From Podarcis vaucheri (lineage: Eukaryota): a stretch of 64,000 bases of DNA. Below are positions 51,541 through 62,943 of the stretch, one piece after another (the stretch's first letter is position 1; every line of letters starts with the position of its first letter). The stretch lies in the NCBI GenBank assembly GCA_965113315.1, contig OZ220363.1, one strand, 5' to 3'. The position numbers and the translations under genes are program-made. The notes beneath the pieces are model-generated. The model did not search any database. It was not told where the DNA came from and worked only from the letters and a program-made list of their open reading frames with translations.

Positions 51541-51584
51541 AGGTTAAAGGTGATGACCTTGACATTTTGGAAGTTCAAAGGCAG
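51541..51584. promoter_or_regulatory. Nuclear-receptor site cluster, probable Hoxd11 region IX (RIX)
   Basis: AGGTTA-A-AGGTGA-TGACCT-TGACAT...AGTTCA-A-AGGCAG (DR1 plus IR0) ~1.9 kb 3' of the HoxD11 stop. RIX is a known nuclear-receptor element at this position; the name is assigned by position. Confidence 0.65.
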
Positions 51585-51839
51585 ACACTTACTGTTTTCC
51601 TTGCTTAAGAGTTTCAAGTTTTAATTTTTGGCCATGCCTACCTGAAGCCTCGACGCTTAACGTTTGTTTTATATGTTTCGCTCTCATTTTATCCGTCCAG
51701 TTTGGCCTTTAATTGATGCAAAATGGACCCACCGCTTCTCCCTCCCCCGCCCTGCTCTCCTTCTTTTTTTAAGCCAAATTCTTTTCTCACTCGTCTCCTT
51801 TATTGCTCGTTGCGGAAATCTCTTTTTCTGCCACCAGAA

Positions 51840-51950
51840 GGTGTACAATATAACCCAATTAAGCTGTTTAGACCCTGAGCTTTTATGGTGTTGTCTAGAC
51901 AGTTCAAGGTTTTGTAAACAGCCTAGCTAGGTCGCGCAATATAAAAATAG
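51840..51950. promoter_or_regulatory. Probable Hoxd11 region VIII (RVIII) enhancer
   Basis: Non-repetitive block with TTTTATGG, CAATTAA and GTAAACA (forkhead) sites between the HoxD11 3' end and the RIX-like cluster. Assignment is by position only. Confidence 0.45.
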
Positions 51951-53452
51951 AGGCGAGGACCTCCACCAAACCCTTCTCGGAAAAATAGTAATAATTATAA
52001 GAATGATAATGATAATGAAGAATGGGCAGCTTGGTGGCTAATTAGATTATTTCTCCCGTTCCTTTGTGTGTGAATATAGGGTGGAATATCAGGAGGCACC
52101 TTTTAAAAGATTTGTCCTCCTTATTCCAGTACCAGTCACCCATCCTTAATTAAGTTCAAGTTTTGGAGTGGGAAGTTTCGTTTCGACTGGAACTCTAAGT
52201 CGCTATGCTAGTTCGCTTCGCCTCCCCAAAGTTCATTATAGTGGATCTGTTATCCACTATAAGTCGGATCAAGATGTGCTTTACAATATAGCGCATTTTT
52301 AAAATACAGGATATGTTCCAGACAGAGTTTTAAAAGCAACACCTTTTAACTCCCACTTATTTAAATGGCATAGATTTACATACTCTTTTTCCCCCCAGGC
52401 TGACATGTTGAGTTTTCCCCTTAAAATAACAAAACCTGGGTAAGCCCGCCAGGGACGTTGCTCCTGTTTTGGGGTTTTTTTTTTTAAAAAAAATTCTCAT
52501 TATAGCGGAGAAAGAGAGAACGAACAGGTTTTTTTTCCCCTTTGAAATGTAGGGGCAGGAGGGGAGCACATAACGGTGGGTCGGACCACACTCTCAGCTA
52601 TTAGTCGATTTCACTTGACACCAGCAGGGACCCGAACTATGGACCTTCAGAGATGGCACTGCTCATAACGCACGCGGAAAAGGCAACTTCAACCTTACTA
52701 GGAACCATTTGTTCACATGAGCAAGACAGTGTCCCGTGCTGCTTCTTTTTAAAAACAACCCCCCCCCCAAAAAAAAGGCAATGGAAGCCAGATATATCTC
52801 TCTATACTGGCGTGCGTAAAGGTAGCTACCGAATTCACAGGGCCACCTTTTCGACAACGACAACGAAAGGAGGAAGTTGAGAGGAGTCACTCTCTCCTAT
52901 CTCAGACCCAACAGAAAGCGGGCCCAACACGGCTGTTCCATAACGCGCTTCTTTCTTAACTACCATCTACATTCGAGGTCTAGTAGCGGCCTCCGCCAGG
53001 AACTAAGGAGAAGTGGGTGGGGAGGGGATGAAAGCAACACGGTGGGTAGTTTCACCAAAGAAAAAGAGAGAGGATGGAAAGGGAGTGGAAATCCAGACAA
53101 AACGACAACCCCCAAACCCAAAACTCCAACGACACACAACAAGGTTAGAATGGACTATTGGATTTACCCTCTCGGTTTCTGGTCCCCCTTTGGAGGATTC
53201 CTCTCCGCCAAGCGCCCCAAGACCTCTCGTGGACACAAGGGATGTTTGGAAGAACCAGATCTGTTGAGCATGGGTGAAATAAAAACAATAAAAATAACAA
53301 TAAAGGGAACTTGTCCGCAGGGTGGATGTCGTGTAAACCTCTTGATTATTATTTTTTTTGAAAATTATTATTATTATTTTGCACTCAGGTGGCAGGTTGC
53401 ACCAGGGAGGGAGGTCTTCTTCGCCTCTCCTTCTCCTCCCCGCTTAGTCCTC

Positions 53453-53688
53453 TCAAAACAAGGGGTTCCCCGTGAAATACTGCAGTCGATCTCTGTTCAG
53501 TTTCTTTTCTTTCATCCGTCGATTTTGGAACCATATTTTGACTTGTCGATCCGTGAGGTTTAGCATCCTAGACAGCTGGAGTCTTTTCTCTTTGTTTATG
53601 TACACGTTGAAGAAAAACTCCCGTTCCAGTTCTCTTATCTGGTATTTCGTGTAAGGACATCTTTTTTTCCGGGATCGCTGGGGAAGTG
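53453..53688 (-). CDS. HOXD11: Homeobox protein Hox-D11, coding exon 2 (homeodomain)
   Basis: Acceptor TCCAG|CA, then [74 protein letters not shown]. Paralog group 11; the neighbouring genes are D-type. Confidence 0.97.
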
Positions 53689-54738
53689 CTGGACATTCAG
53701 GAAAGGAAGGAAAAAAACACAACCCAATAATGATGATAATAATAATGATAATAATGAGGGAAGCGGGGTGGGAGACAGAAGGGGGAAATTAGGAACGAAG
53801 AAATTAAGAAGCTGACATATGTTGTCCCACTCAGAACACTTTCAAGCAGAGCTACACTTCCTAAGGACTTACTGTAACTATTCCCTGACTCCCTGAGAAA
53901 CCGACCACTGAAACATCCAGGGAGTTTTCTGCCTCACGCTAGTCAACTTTGTCAAAGTGGTTTTTGGAAGGTGTGGGTGGAAGAAGAAAAGATGGAAATA
54001 ATAATAATAATAATAATCGACGTAATCCCAAGCTTATACTACCCAACTCCATTTACAGGACTGAGAGAAGGGCATAAGTGGAATTGTTTGAAACTGACTT
54101 TGCAAAGTACACCTCTACCCGTTCGGTTGGGACCCTAGTTTTTCCCCCTCCCCTTCCACAGTAGAATGGTTTGCCGAAAAGAATCCTGCCTCTCTCAAAT
54201 GTCAGTCCCAAGTCCTGCCCAGACAGGATCCCCACTGAATTTTATACACACACACACACACACACACACATACATATACATATATACTATATATATATCT
54301 CACATACCAGTATATGTCTGAACACCCCTCCCCAAAACTTTGGGAGCTCTCAGCCTCCCAATCAACAGTTTCGTCACAATTAACATCCTCCTCCAAGAAC
54401 ATCTATAAGTTACCCTCAATGGGTTTCCTATCGTAAACACGCTTTACAACGGTGAGGGAAACCTTATAGGATATATAAAAGCCCTTCGGATGCTTATAAA
54501 ATCTCACATAAAAAAGACCTCGGGCTTGACAAAGTGGTGGCCTCGTGCTCCCTCCCTCCCTCTCTCTCTCTCTCCCACCCACCTACTCACCCATCCTCCC
54601 TCCACCCACCCCACCCCTCTCAAATTTTGGCTTTCCTCTCGCTCCCCGCCTCCCCAACTTAGCAAATAAATAAATAATCAACAGCTCGGGAAAGCGGGGC
54701 TGGTCGTGTTGCTCTGCGGACTGGGCGCCTCTCCTTAC

Positions 54739-55474
54739 CTGAAGTGCTGCTGTTGCTGCTGCTGCTGCTGCTCTTGTCCGGTCTGGCCTCCCCCGACGGC
54801 GACTCGGCGCTGCCCTCGCTTGTCACTTTCTTTTCCTGGCCGGGCAGCGGGGAAGCTTTGCCACAAGTGTTGCTGGCGAGCTTGAGGTCGCCCTTGTCGC
54901 CCTCTGGCTCCGGGTAGGGGGTGCCTCCTCCGCCTCCGCCATGCGCCGCCTCGTAAAACTGGTCGAAGCCCTGCGGGAGGATCCCGTTCCTGCCCACTGC
55001 GCTGTAGAAGTTGGCGGCGGCGGCCGCAGCAGCTGCGGAAGCGGCGGCGGCGGCGGCCGCCCCGTGGTGGTGGTGGTGGGCTCCGCACACGGGATCTGCC
55101 TTGAAGAGCATGTCTGTCCTGCGGGTGGCCGGCTGCAGAAAGTCCCTGCCGTGCATCACCTCCTCGTAGTAGCTGCTGGGCGCGTAGCTGCCGCCTCGGT
55201 AGGGCCACTTGCCGCCGCCGCCTGCGCCGCCTGCGCCGCCGCCGCCTCCCGCGTAGTCCCTGAACGCCGCCGCCGCCGCTTCGCGCACCGGTTGCACATG
55301 GGGAGGCAGGTTGGAGGCGTAAGGGAAAGTCATTTGACAGGAGGGCGACTGGGACAGGAACGGGGGCTTGCCGGAGAAATCCGAGGAGGAGACGTAATAG
55401 GCGGCGGCGGCGGCGCACCCGGGGAGGTACATGCTGGATGCCCCGTGGCTGCCGCAGTCGTCAAAGTCACTCAT
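54739..55474 (-). CDS. HOXD11: Homeobox protein Hox-D11, coding exon 1
   Basis: ATG at 55474 gives [61 protein letters not shown], the Hox11 N-terminus. Donor CAG|GTAAG at 54739/54738; 736 nt, phase 1. Confidence 0.96.
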
Positions 55475-55639
55475 GTCTTCTCCTCCTCCAGCTGCTGCTG
55501 CCTCTGGGCGAGGGCGAGCAGGCAGCGGCAGCAGCAGCAGCCGAGCCAGCGCGTGGGAGCCGGAGGAGCCCCATCTATCTGCGCGCGAGGCTTTGGGCAG
55601 GAGCAGCCACCACCAAGGGGGGAAAAATCCCACCGTGTG

Positions 55640-55692
55640 CTGACGTGCAATTCATCTTGATTGATTCGAGTGGTAATTATGTCACGTGACGG
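55640..55692 (-). promoter_or_regulatory. HoxD11 proximal promoter motifs
   Basis: Palindromic GTCACGTGAC (55681-55690), TGATTGAT and TGACGTG ~170-215 nt above the ATG. Confidence 0.65.
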
Positions 55693-58600
55693 CAGGCGAT
55701 GGTAGAAATGTCCTTATATCTAGGAACGGCTCCCCTTTTCGCCCGCCTGCCTTCGCCAGAGGTTCCTTCTCTCCAAGAATGCCCTTCTTCCGAGAGCTTC
55801 CCAGATCTCTCGCTCACACTCACACACGCACGCGCTCTCTCTCTCTCTCACGCGCAAAACAGGCACAGGTTTGGACAAATAGGACCTTTTCCAGCTCTTT
55901 CTCTCTCCCCCCCTCACCTCCCCAAACTCCACACACACACACACACTCCCCTTCCCCTCCTCCTCCCCCCCCGTTTCACCCCCCTTTCCCCAACCAGGAG
56001 TCTTGATAAGCTATAGGTAGGGCAGCAAATCACCTGGGAATGCCATCCTTTGCCCAGATTCCTGCGCGCATACATCTCACATACACAGCCCAGACCTATA
56101 TATCCTAGCATAATCCTCCACAGAACTGGAAAAGAGTCAGACACACAAAGCCTACGACACCATGTCCTGGTTTGAGACACAAACAGGAATAGTTTGTATT
56201 TCTATAAAAAGAACAAGAACAAACAGTCACCGGAAATGCAGTCAGGAAAGGCTTAAGGGCCAAGAAGGTGTTTAGGGAGAATATCTCTCACTTTCCAGAC
56301 TTTGCAAAGCAACCGCCAATATTTACCCTGATTGGAGCATCCTTTCTCCTTATTAGAAAAAAGCATGTAGCTTGTTGCTTCTCTCTCTCTCACACACACA
56401 CACACATACACACACACAAATGCTTGATAGCTAGCCAGCCAGCCAGGGTGTCTTGTAGCAAAACCAGGACGTTTCCCCTGTTTCATTTAATATAACGCAG
56501 TTTTTCCAACTAGAAATTCTGTTGCTTGCTTCCCTTCCCTACTTCACGATGTCATTTTGTACCGGACAGAAAGAAAGAAAGAAAGAAAGAGCGAGAGAGG
56601 GAGGGAGGTAATATGGAATGGGGACTAGGTCTATCTGTCTATCTGTCTAATCGATGCAGAGTCTTATATATAGGCATCCACTTCCACCGCCACCCGCGTT
56701 TCATCGAAGTGTGAGCCTCGTTTCCGAGCGCCTGTTGGACTGACAGAACCCTCGGCTGCATCAGACATCTTAGGGTGGGGCAACTGCCCCAGCACAGTCG
56801 CTTCCTTCTGAAAAGCAACACTCAGATCCACGCAGAAACACACCGCAGCTTCAATGTCACTTGAAGGGGGAAGGGACGGGGGAAAGACACAGTATTTGAG
56901 AATTAAATTCCGAAACACAGAACCGCACAAAGCACCTTCACCTCGCGGTTGTGCGGTTGGAATCGCTCCCTCGCCCTTCTCCCTTTCCTTCTCCTTCTAC
57001 ACATTCAAGGCGCATGAAATGAGCGAGGACACATTAAATCAGATACACACCGAGAATCCCCACGGAAGAAGAGGCACATGTCTTCTGACAACAGGTAATA
57101 ACAGAAGACCGGTTCTTTCCTCCCGGTTCTTTCCTTTGGCTGTAGTACAATGTCAAGTTTAACCCCACAACTTTGTTTCTCCTCCTGGTCGAAACAGTAC
57201 CAGAACACCGTCGCTTTACTAAAGACAACAAGCTGGAAATCCATGTCTATTTCCCGTCCTTTCCCACTCCCCAACTTCTGAGGGCTATTAATAGAATAAG
57301 ATAAAGAGGACATCTAAGATTATTATCCAAGATACTGATAGTAAAATGAGATGGAATTTATTTTCTCTTATGAACCGTAGCCAGGAGCACGAAAAAGAAA
57401 CCAAAAAACCTCGAAAGAAATTGGATTTCAAGGCCATCTAATATGACTTTCTGAAGGGGGGGGGATGATTTTTTTTAATTATTATTTTAAAAAAAACACG
57501 CATTCCGGTCTCAACCTTGTAACGTCCTATACATTCAATCCTTTAGAAGCACGAAGGCGAATTAAAACAACGAGGCTAATCGTAGTCAGACGGGTTTAAA
57601 AGCCTTAGTTCAGTGTGGGCTTTCGAGCTGGCTAAATAGGTGTAGGATTGGAGCAGTGTGTGTGTGTGTGAAGATTTGTGTGTAACACACACACAAATAC
57701 ACCTCCCAAACAGGAAGAGAATACGAGATATTATTATTATATACTTTGTTATACTGTTTTACATTAATGAGAGGCTTATATGGATATATAACGACACATA
57801 TTCGTTTGATGTCCTCGATAAATCCCAAAATGACCAAGTATCTTGGACAAGGGTGCCTCCTGATTGGCATCCGCAGTGACTCACAAGTCCTAAGCCCTCT
57901 TTTGCACTTAGCTCTAGGAAGGAAGCCGAGAAGGTAGGAGAAATACCTTCATCTCTATATGAACCTCGTTCCTAATTAAAAAATAGAAAACAAAAGGGGT
58001 GGGGAAGTAGAAGGAAGGGGAAGATCATATGCCCAAATGGTATCCAGTTCTCCTTCGAGTGTCCACCATTTAACCATGGTTGCCTTGCTTGTATGGCGCC
58101 CATCCACGAATCCCCACCACAAGCTCACACCAAACCTGCGCAACAGATCCGGGCATAAACCAGCCGCACCACCCAATGTCCATTTAGCCAGACACAGTTC
58201 CACCTCCTTTCTTTCGAATGCTCGCGCTTGCTTTTAGGTTTTGCTGCAATGAATGGGCTCCCCTCCCCTCCCAAATGTTGACTGCGCAGCTAAAATGGCC
58301 CCTGCGTCTCCTATCGCAATGGAGCGAGGCAAAGGCTTTCTCGCTTGCGCGGTTGTCTCCAATATATCCTCCAAACCAAGCGCCTCAGGATCATGCGGAA
58401 AAAGCAGACGATTCGATTCCAAAAGCAGACGATTCCCCCCCCCCTTATTCGCCCCCACCCATCTACGCACCCTCCAGTAACCACACCACAGGAAATCAAC
58501 ATAAAGCTAATAACCAGCATCCTGTCGACCCCCACCCCCACCTCACCTCTCCTTTTCAAAAACCCTTGAATCAGCTACATATCTGGATAGGAGGCAACTA

Positions 58601-59159
58601 GTTTCCACCATTCCAAGTTCAAGGACACGGTGGTCGTTTGTTAATAAGGAAAAGGAAACGAGGGGGGGGGGAGAGAAAAAAACGCCCTCCACGATTCTTG
58701 CAAAAGACCACTTACAGTCTGGAAATGCCTATTAAACAAACCACAGCAAAAGAGAAGAATCTGGTGTCCTTGAGTCACTCAAGGATTCCTACCCTGATTA
58801 AGACGCGAAGAGAAATCTGGGACTTTTCCACAGACGCGTCTTCAAAATGGGTCGCCCTTGTTCTATCCGGCGCGGTAGCATTTCAAACCCGGGAACTAGC
58901 AAACCAACACCCCAACCCCGCCGCGCCCGCCTGCAACGCGCAACATAGCACAGAAGGGTGGCTTTACCGTTCGGCGTCTTGCAAGGTCTGTCGTCGTTGC
59001 CTCCTGGAACTAGCCGGTTTTCCACTGCGAGTGACATCTCCAAAGAAGCCTCCGTGAAAAATTAGGACGGCTGGCATAACGGTGTCGGAGCGAGGGGGGT
59101 GGGGGCGGAAGAGAGAGAAGCAAAATATGCCTGGTCCGCACGGAGAGAAGGTGCTGTAT

Positions 59160-59400
59160 ATTTGTGCCACCCAAGATAAGACACTAACTTGACCTTAACT
59201 TTGTTATGGCGCCCCTAGTATCTGGAGAACGTGAACAGACACTGTCTGGCAGCTCTCGTAAAAACTGACTGGAGAAGCGATTCTGAGTCATTTCATTTAT
59301 GGCCACTACAGTTCTGCAAGAAAGCTTTTCCTCCCTGCCAAACTTTAATTATTTATGCTCTTTTAGGAAACACAAAAGCGCCCAGAGCCATTTAAAACAA
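59160..59400. promoter_or_regulatory. Motif-dense element upstream of HoxD11 (possibly region X)
   Basis: TGACCT 59190-59195, CTCGTAAAA 59255-59263 (Abd-B/Hox13 type), TGAGTCA 59284-59290 and TTTATGGCC 59296-59304. Confidence 0.5.
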
Positions 59401-62223
59401 TCAGAGGGACGTTCCTTTTGCCTTATCAAACTCCCAGGCATTGCAAAAAGCACCCCCGGCTTAGCCTATCAGAGCGAAGGACTCGTCCCCGCGACGCCAA
59501 CAAGATGCGGATTTGGGGATTGACTCCAGGAGGAAGATGTATGCGGACATGTGTGTCGCTAATGAAGCCATACAATCATGTTGGGGATGTGTGTGTGTGT
59601 GAAGGGGAGGGAGGGAGGGAGGGAGGGAGAGAGAACCTTATTTTCTGCACACCCCACCCTCCAAATCGCATCACACTACATACACACCACACCGCCACAC
59701 ACACACACGTACATACACACCCCAACGCTGAATGCGGGTCATTTACAGCGGCACCATTTCTTTCTGTGTACGATAAACAGAAAAAGAACAGCAGTCCTCT
59801 ATCCTTCCAGTCAAGGATGGAGCTTTAACTGAGATGCCCCTCACAAAGCATTTAAATAAATAAATGCAAGATTAAGCTCTAGGCCAAGTAATGCTGCAAT
59901 CCTACGCACATTTACCTCCGAGGAAGCCGTCCTGATGCCAACGGGAGCTCACACGCCTCCATGAGCATTGATTCCTGCTGTAAGAGGACTTGCTTCCCAG
60001 AAAACGTGCTTAGGATCGGAACCGGGTGCAAACCCCATTCGGAATCCACCATGGGCAATTTGCCTATGGAGTCCGACAGCGTGTAAATTGCAGTTGATCG
60101 GCATGTGAGGATGCGCAGATACAAAGCTAACTCATGTGTGGTTATCGCCATTTTCAGGTTTTTATCCACAGCAGCTATAACTGTTCCGAATTTAATGTCT
60201 AGTACCCTGTCTCTCTCTCTATATATATAGATACCTACAAGATAGCCCCAACCTCCCCCGTCCCTATGATCTTTTCCCTAGCTACAGTCACATATACAGG
60301 CATATATGATGTCGACCTACCTAGAGCGGCCATGACACCGAGCGAATAGTATCTGTCGCAATGCGCTTCTCCAGTGATATGCATTTTTGGAGCAGTTTAC
60401 CGACCATTGTGTGTCTTGAGTGCTTGTACGCCTCGGAACCAACAGTTGTTGTTTTTTTGAACACGTAAATACCAGGAATATTTATTTCGGTGGCTTAATT
60501 AAAAAATACATGGACACACTACATATAATGTGCGTATACTGATACTGCTTCTTTCTCTCACTCATTTTATTTCACTTCTCACAGACTAATTGCAAGTCCA
60601 TAATCATCCACAACTGGAAACCAAATGAGCTTAATAAAGAACGCACCGTCATTTCTATATTTTCCGCCGCTAATGGTGCGATCTTGCACAACCGTTGAGC
60701 CTGGTGTTTGCAAGGAGTTAGTGAAAGAGAGAGTAAAATAATAATTATAATGAAAAAGAGGACCATTAAAGGATGCCCTTCGCTTTTGGGTCAGATGTGC
60801 TATTTGCGAGGTAAATCGCCTGTAGATGCTAGCAAAAATAATCTCAACATGGAAGGAAGTTGGTTGTATTCGTAGGATTGATTTTCGTTAATTCAGTCTG
60901 TATTTTATAAACATTTATTTAGCGACTTAGAAAACTAAACAAGACCTTGATTACCTAATCAGCTCTGTTGTGGCCTCCGTTGTCTAACGGGAAAAAATTG
61001 GGAATAGAGATGGAAAGGAGTCGACCATATAATTGAAAAAGAATCATTAGCTCCCAGTCATTCCATAACCATCATTGTTATTCTGAGGCATCATTAAATA
61101 TTTGTCTTATTTTAATTATATATATATAATTAGCTTTTTCTCTATAGCAGTATTCAGATATTTAAAAATATCGATTCCTTCTTAACCATGCTTATCGCCT
61201 CAGACTTCTCAAAAAGGGGGGGAATTGTAGAGAATCATTTTTAAGACAACAATGCACTGTAAATACCGCATTTTCCCCCCTTGCAAAATGGAAATTGTTT
61301 AACACATCTGATAAACTGCTACGGCCATCTACAGTTAAATAACATCTCCGCTCAAAACCATGCCTGGGAAACATCTGAAGGAGGTAAAGTTCAAACATTT
61401 AGTTAATGCTAAAAATGTAGATAATAAACATGAACTTCGTTTTAATTCCTCATTTGCGGGGTGGATGTGAATGAATGAATGCTGGGCTGTTAGCTCTGGA
61501 GAGATCTGGAAACGTGAAGGATCAAAACAAATCACTGATCAAGGGTTTAATTTGAAGATCAGGGAAAACAAATTTCATTTTATCCTTTGTGGGAAAATAT
61601 ATTTCTTTCCGCATTCGAGGCGTCTGAATTGTGAACTACTCTCTCGCTCTTAGAAAACTATTATTACACACAGTTATCAGATGAACATGAAATTATACCA
61701 CACCTCCACTCAAATAAGCTTCATTAGTTTCCTTGTGTGCCTACAGAATCACGGTGTAAAGGAAAAACAGCCCCCAAGGTAGATCCCTGACCAGTTGTGC
61801 TTAAAAACTTGCTGGCTTGGCGAGGAGTTTTGTTTTGTTTTGTGATGTGTGGTGTGGTGTGGTGTGAGTGTTTGTGAAAGCAGGGGCTGGAAACAGGCGG
61901 CCGAGATGGAGCAGAGGATATTCGGAATGAGTCGCATCCTTGATTCCTTTGTGTCTTCCCTCCCTTTATTTTGCGCGCAGCCTTTGGACAAGGCCAAAGT
62001 CAAGCTAAAGAGGAAGGAAGGCTGCAAGCAGCCGAGACAGAGCGCTGAGCCAAGGGCAGCCGGCGAGAGGGGCAGTTTGGGGCGGGGGGGGGAGGCAGAA
62101 CAAAACAGAAACAAACCGCAAATGGCAGACAGAGTGTCGGAGGGTGGACGGTAGGGAAAGGAAGCGAAGATGTTTGGATAAGCCTTTGGAGGCGCGGGCC
62201 TAAGTTGTGTTCAGACTTAGGCC

Positions 62224-62314
<91 letters not shown>

Positions 62315-62315
62315 A
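62224..62315. repeat. (AAAG)n microsatellite
   Basis: Direct reading. Confidence 0.95.
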
Positions 62316-62569
62316 TACCAGAAGGAGACTGGGTGCCAAAGGTGCGCCTCAGGCATGGCGGGAGGCACACGGAGAACAAAGAGACCTGTGGCACCGTCAA
62401 GACGACAATCCAGACTATTTGGCAAGACAGAAGTTTCTGTGAAGTGCGGTCTACTTTGCCCAATATCCTACATAACGGTGGTGGTGAAATCTCCTGGGAC
62501 TCAGGATCCCATTTGGTGTTGTATGTGGCGAACGGTTAAGAATGTGGACTGCCTTAAGAAAAGGTGGTC

Positions 62570-62670
62570 AAAGAATAGAATTGAAGAGCGGGAGGGACCC
62601 CGACGGTCATTTAGCCCAACCCGCGGCAACGCAGGAATCTCAGCTAAAGCATACAGAGCAGATGGCCGTT
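62570..62670 (-). mobile_element. CR1-type 3' end fragment, diverged
   Basis: ATAGAATTGAAGAG..GGAGGGACCCCGACGGTCATTTAGCCCAACCC..GCAGGAATCTCAGCTAAAGCAT..CAGATGGCC is collinear with a reverse CR1 tail (compare 8899-8935). Confidence 0.6.
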
Positions 62671-62774
62671 TTCAAGGTGTCACTCTGTTTCCCCTCCTCC
62701 CCGCGACAGACTAGCAGGGCGGCCCCTCTGGAAGCGACTGCAACGGGAGGCGCGTGGACGTTGGTTATTAGCAC

Positions 62775-62943
62775 CAGTGGCGTAGAGTGGGGGGTGCAGG
62801 GGGAGCCGGCCGCACCGGGCGCAACATCTGGGGGTTAGGGTTAGGGGGCGCAAATCCACGGGTTAGGGGGCGTAAATCCATGGGTTAGGGGGCGCAAATT
62901 ACTTGCATTGCCCCGGGTGCTGACAACCCACGCTACGCCACTG
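62775..62943. mobile_element. hAT-family MITE (169 bp) with perfect 8-bp TSD and an internal 22-bp tandem repeat
   Basis: TIRs CAGTGGCGTAG / CTACGCCACTG; TSD ATTAGCAC at 62767-62774 and 62944-62951. Confidence 0.92.

Noticed and set aside
54735-55660. Long alternative-frame and antisense ORFs over HoxD11 exon 1 (227 and 239 aa)
   Set aside because: These are by-products of GC-rich triplet repeats that lack stops; no recognisable domains.
59205-59225. CTCF-like ACTAGGGGCGCC upstream of HoxD11
   Set aside because: Spacing is one base short of the consensus and the 5' CC is missing; too weak to call without a PWM score.
60605-60640. Minus-strand AAGCTCATTTGGTTTCCAG resembling a KIWFQ remnant of HoxD12
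   Set aside because: Only a few codons match and the flanks show no homeodomain residues; likely chance.
62838-62899. Interstitial telomere or CRISPR-like array
   Set aside because: Only isolated TTAGGG units inside a 22-bp tandem repeat within a MITE; no spacers, and the DNA is eukaryotic.
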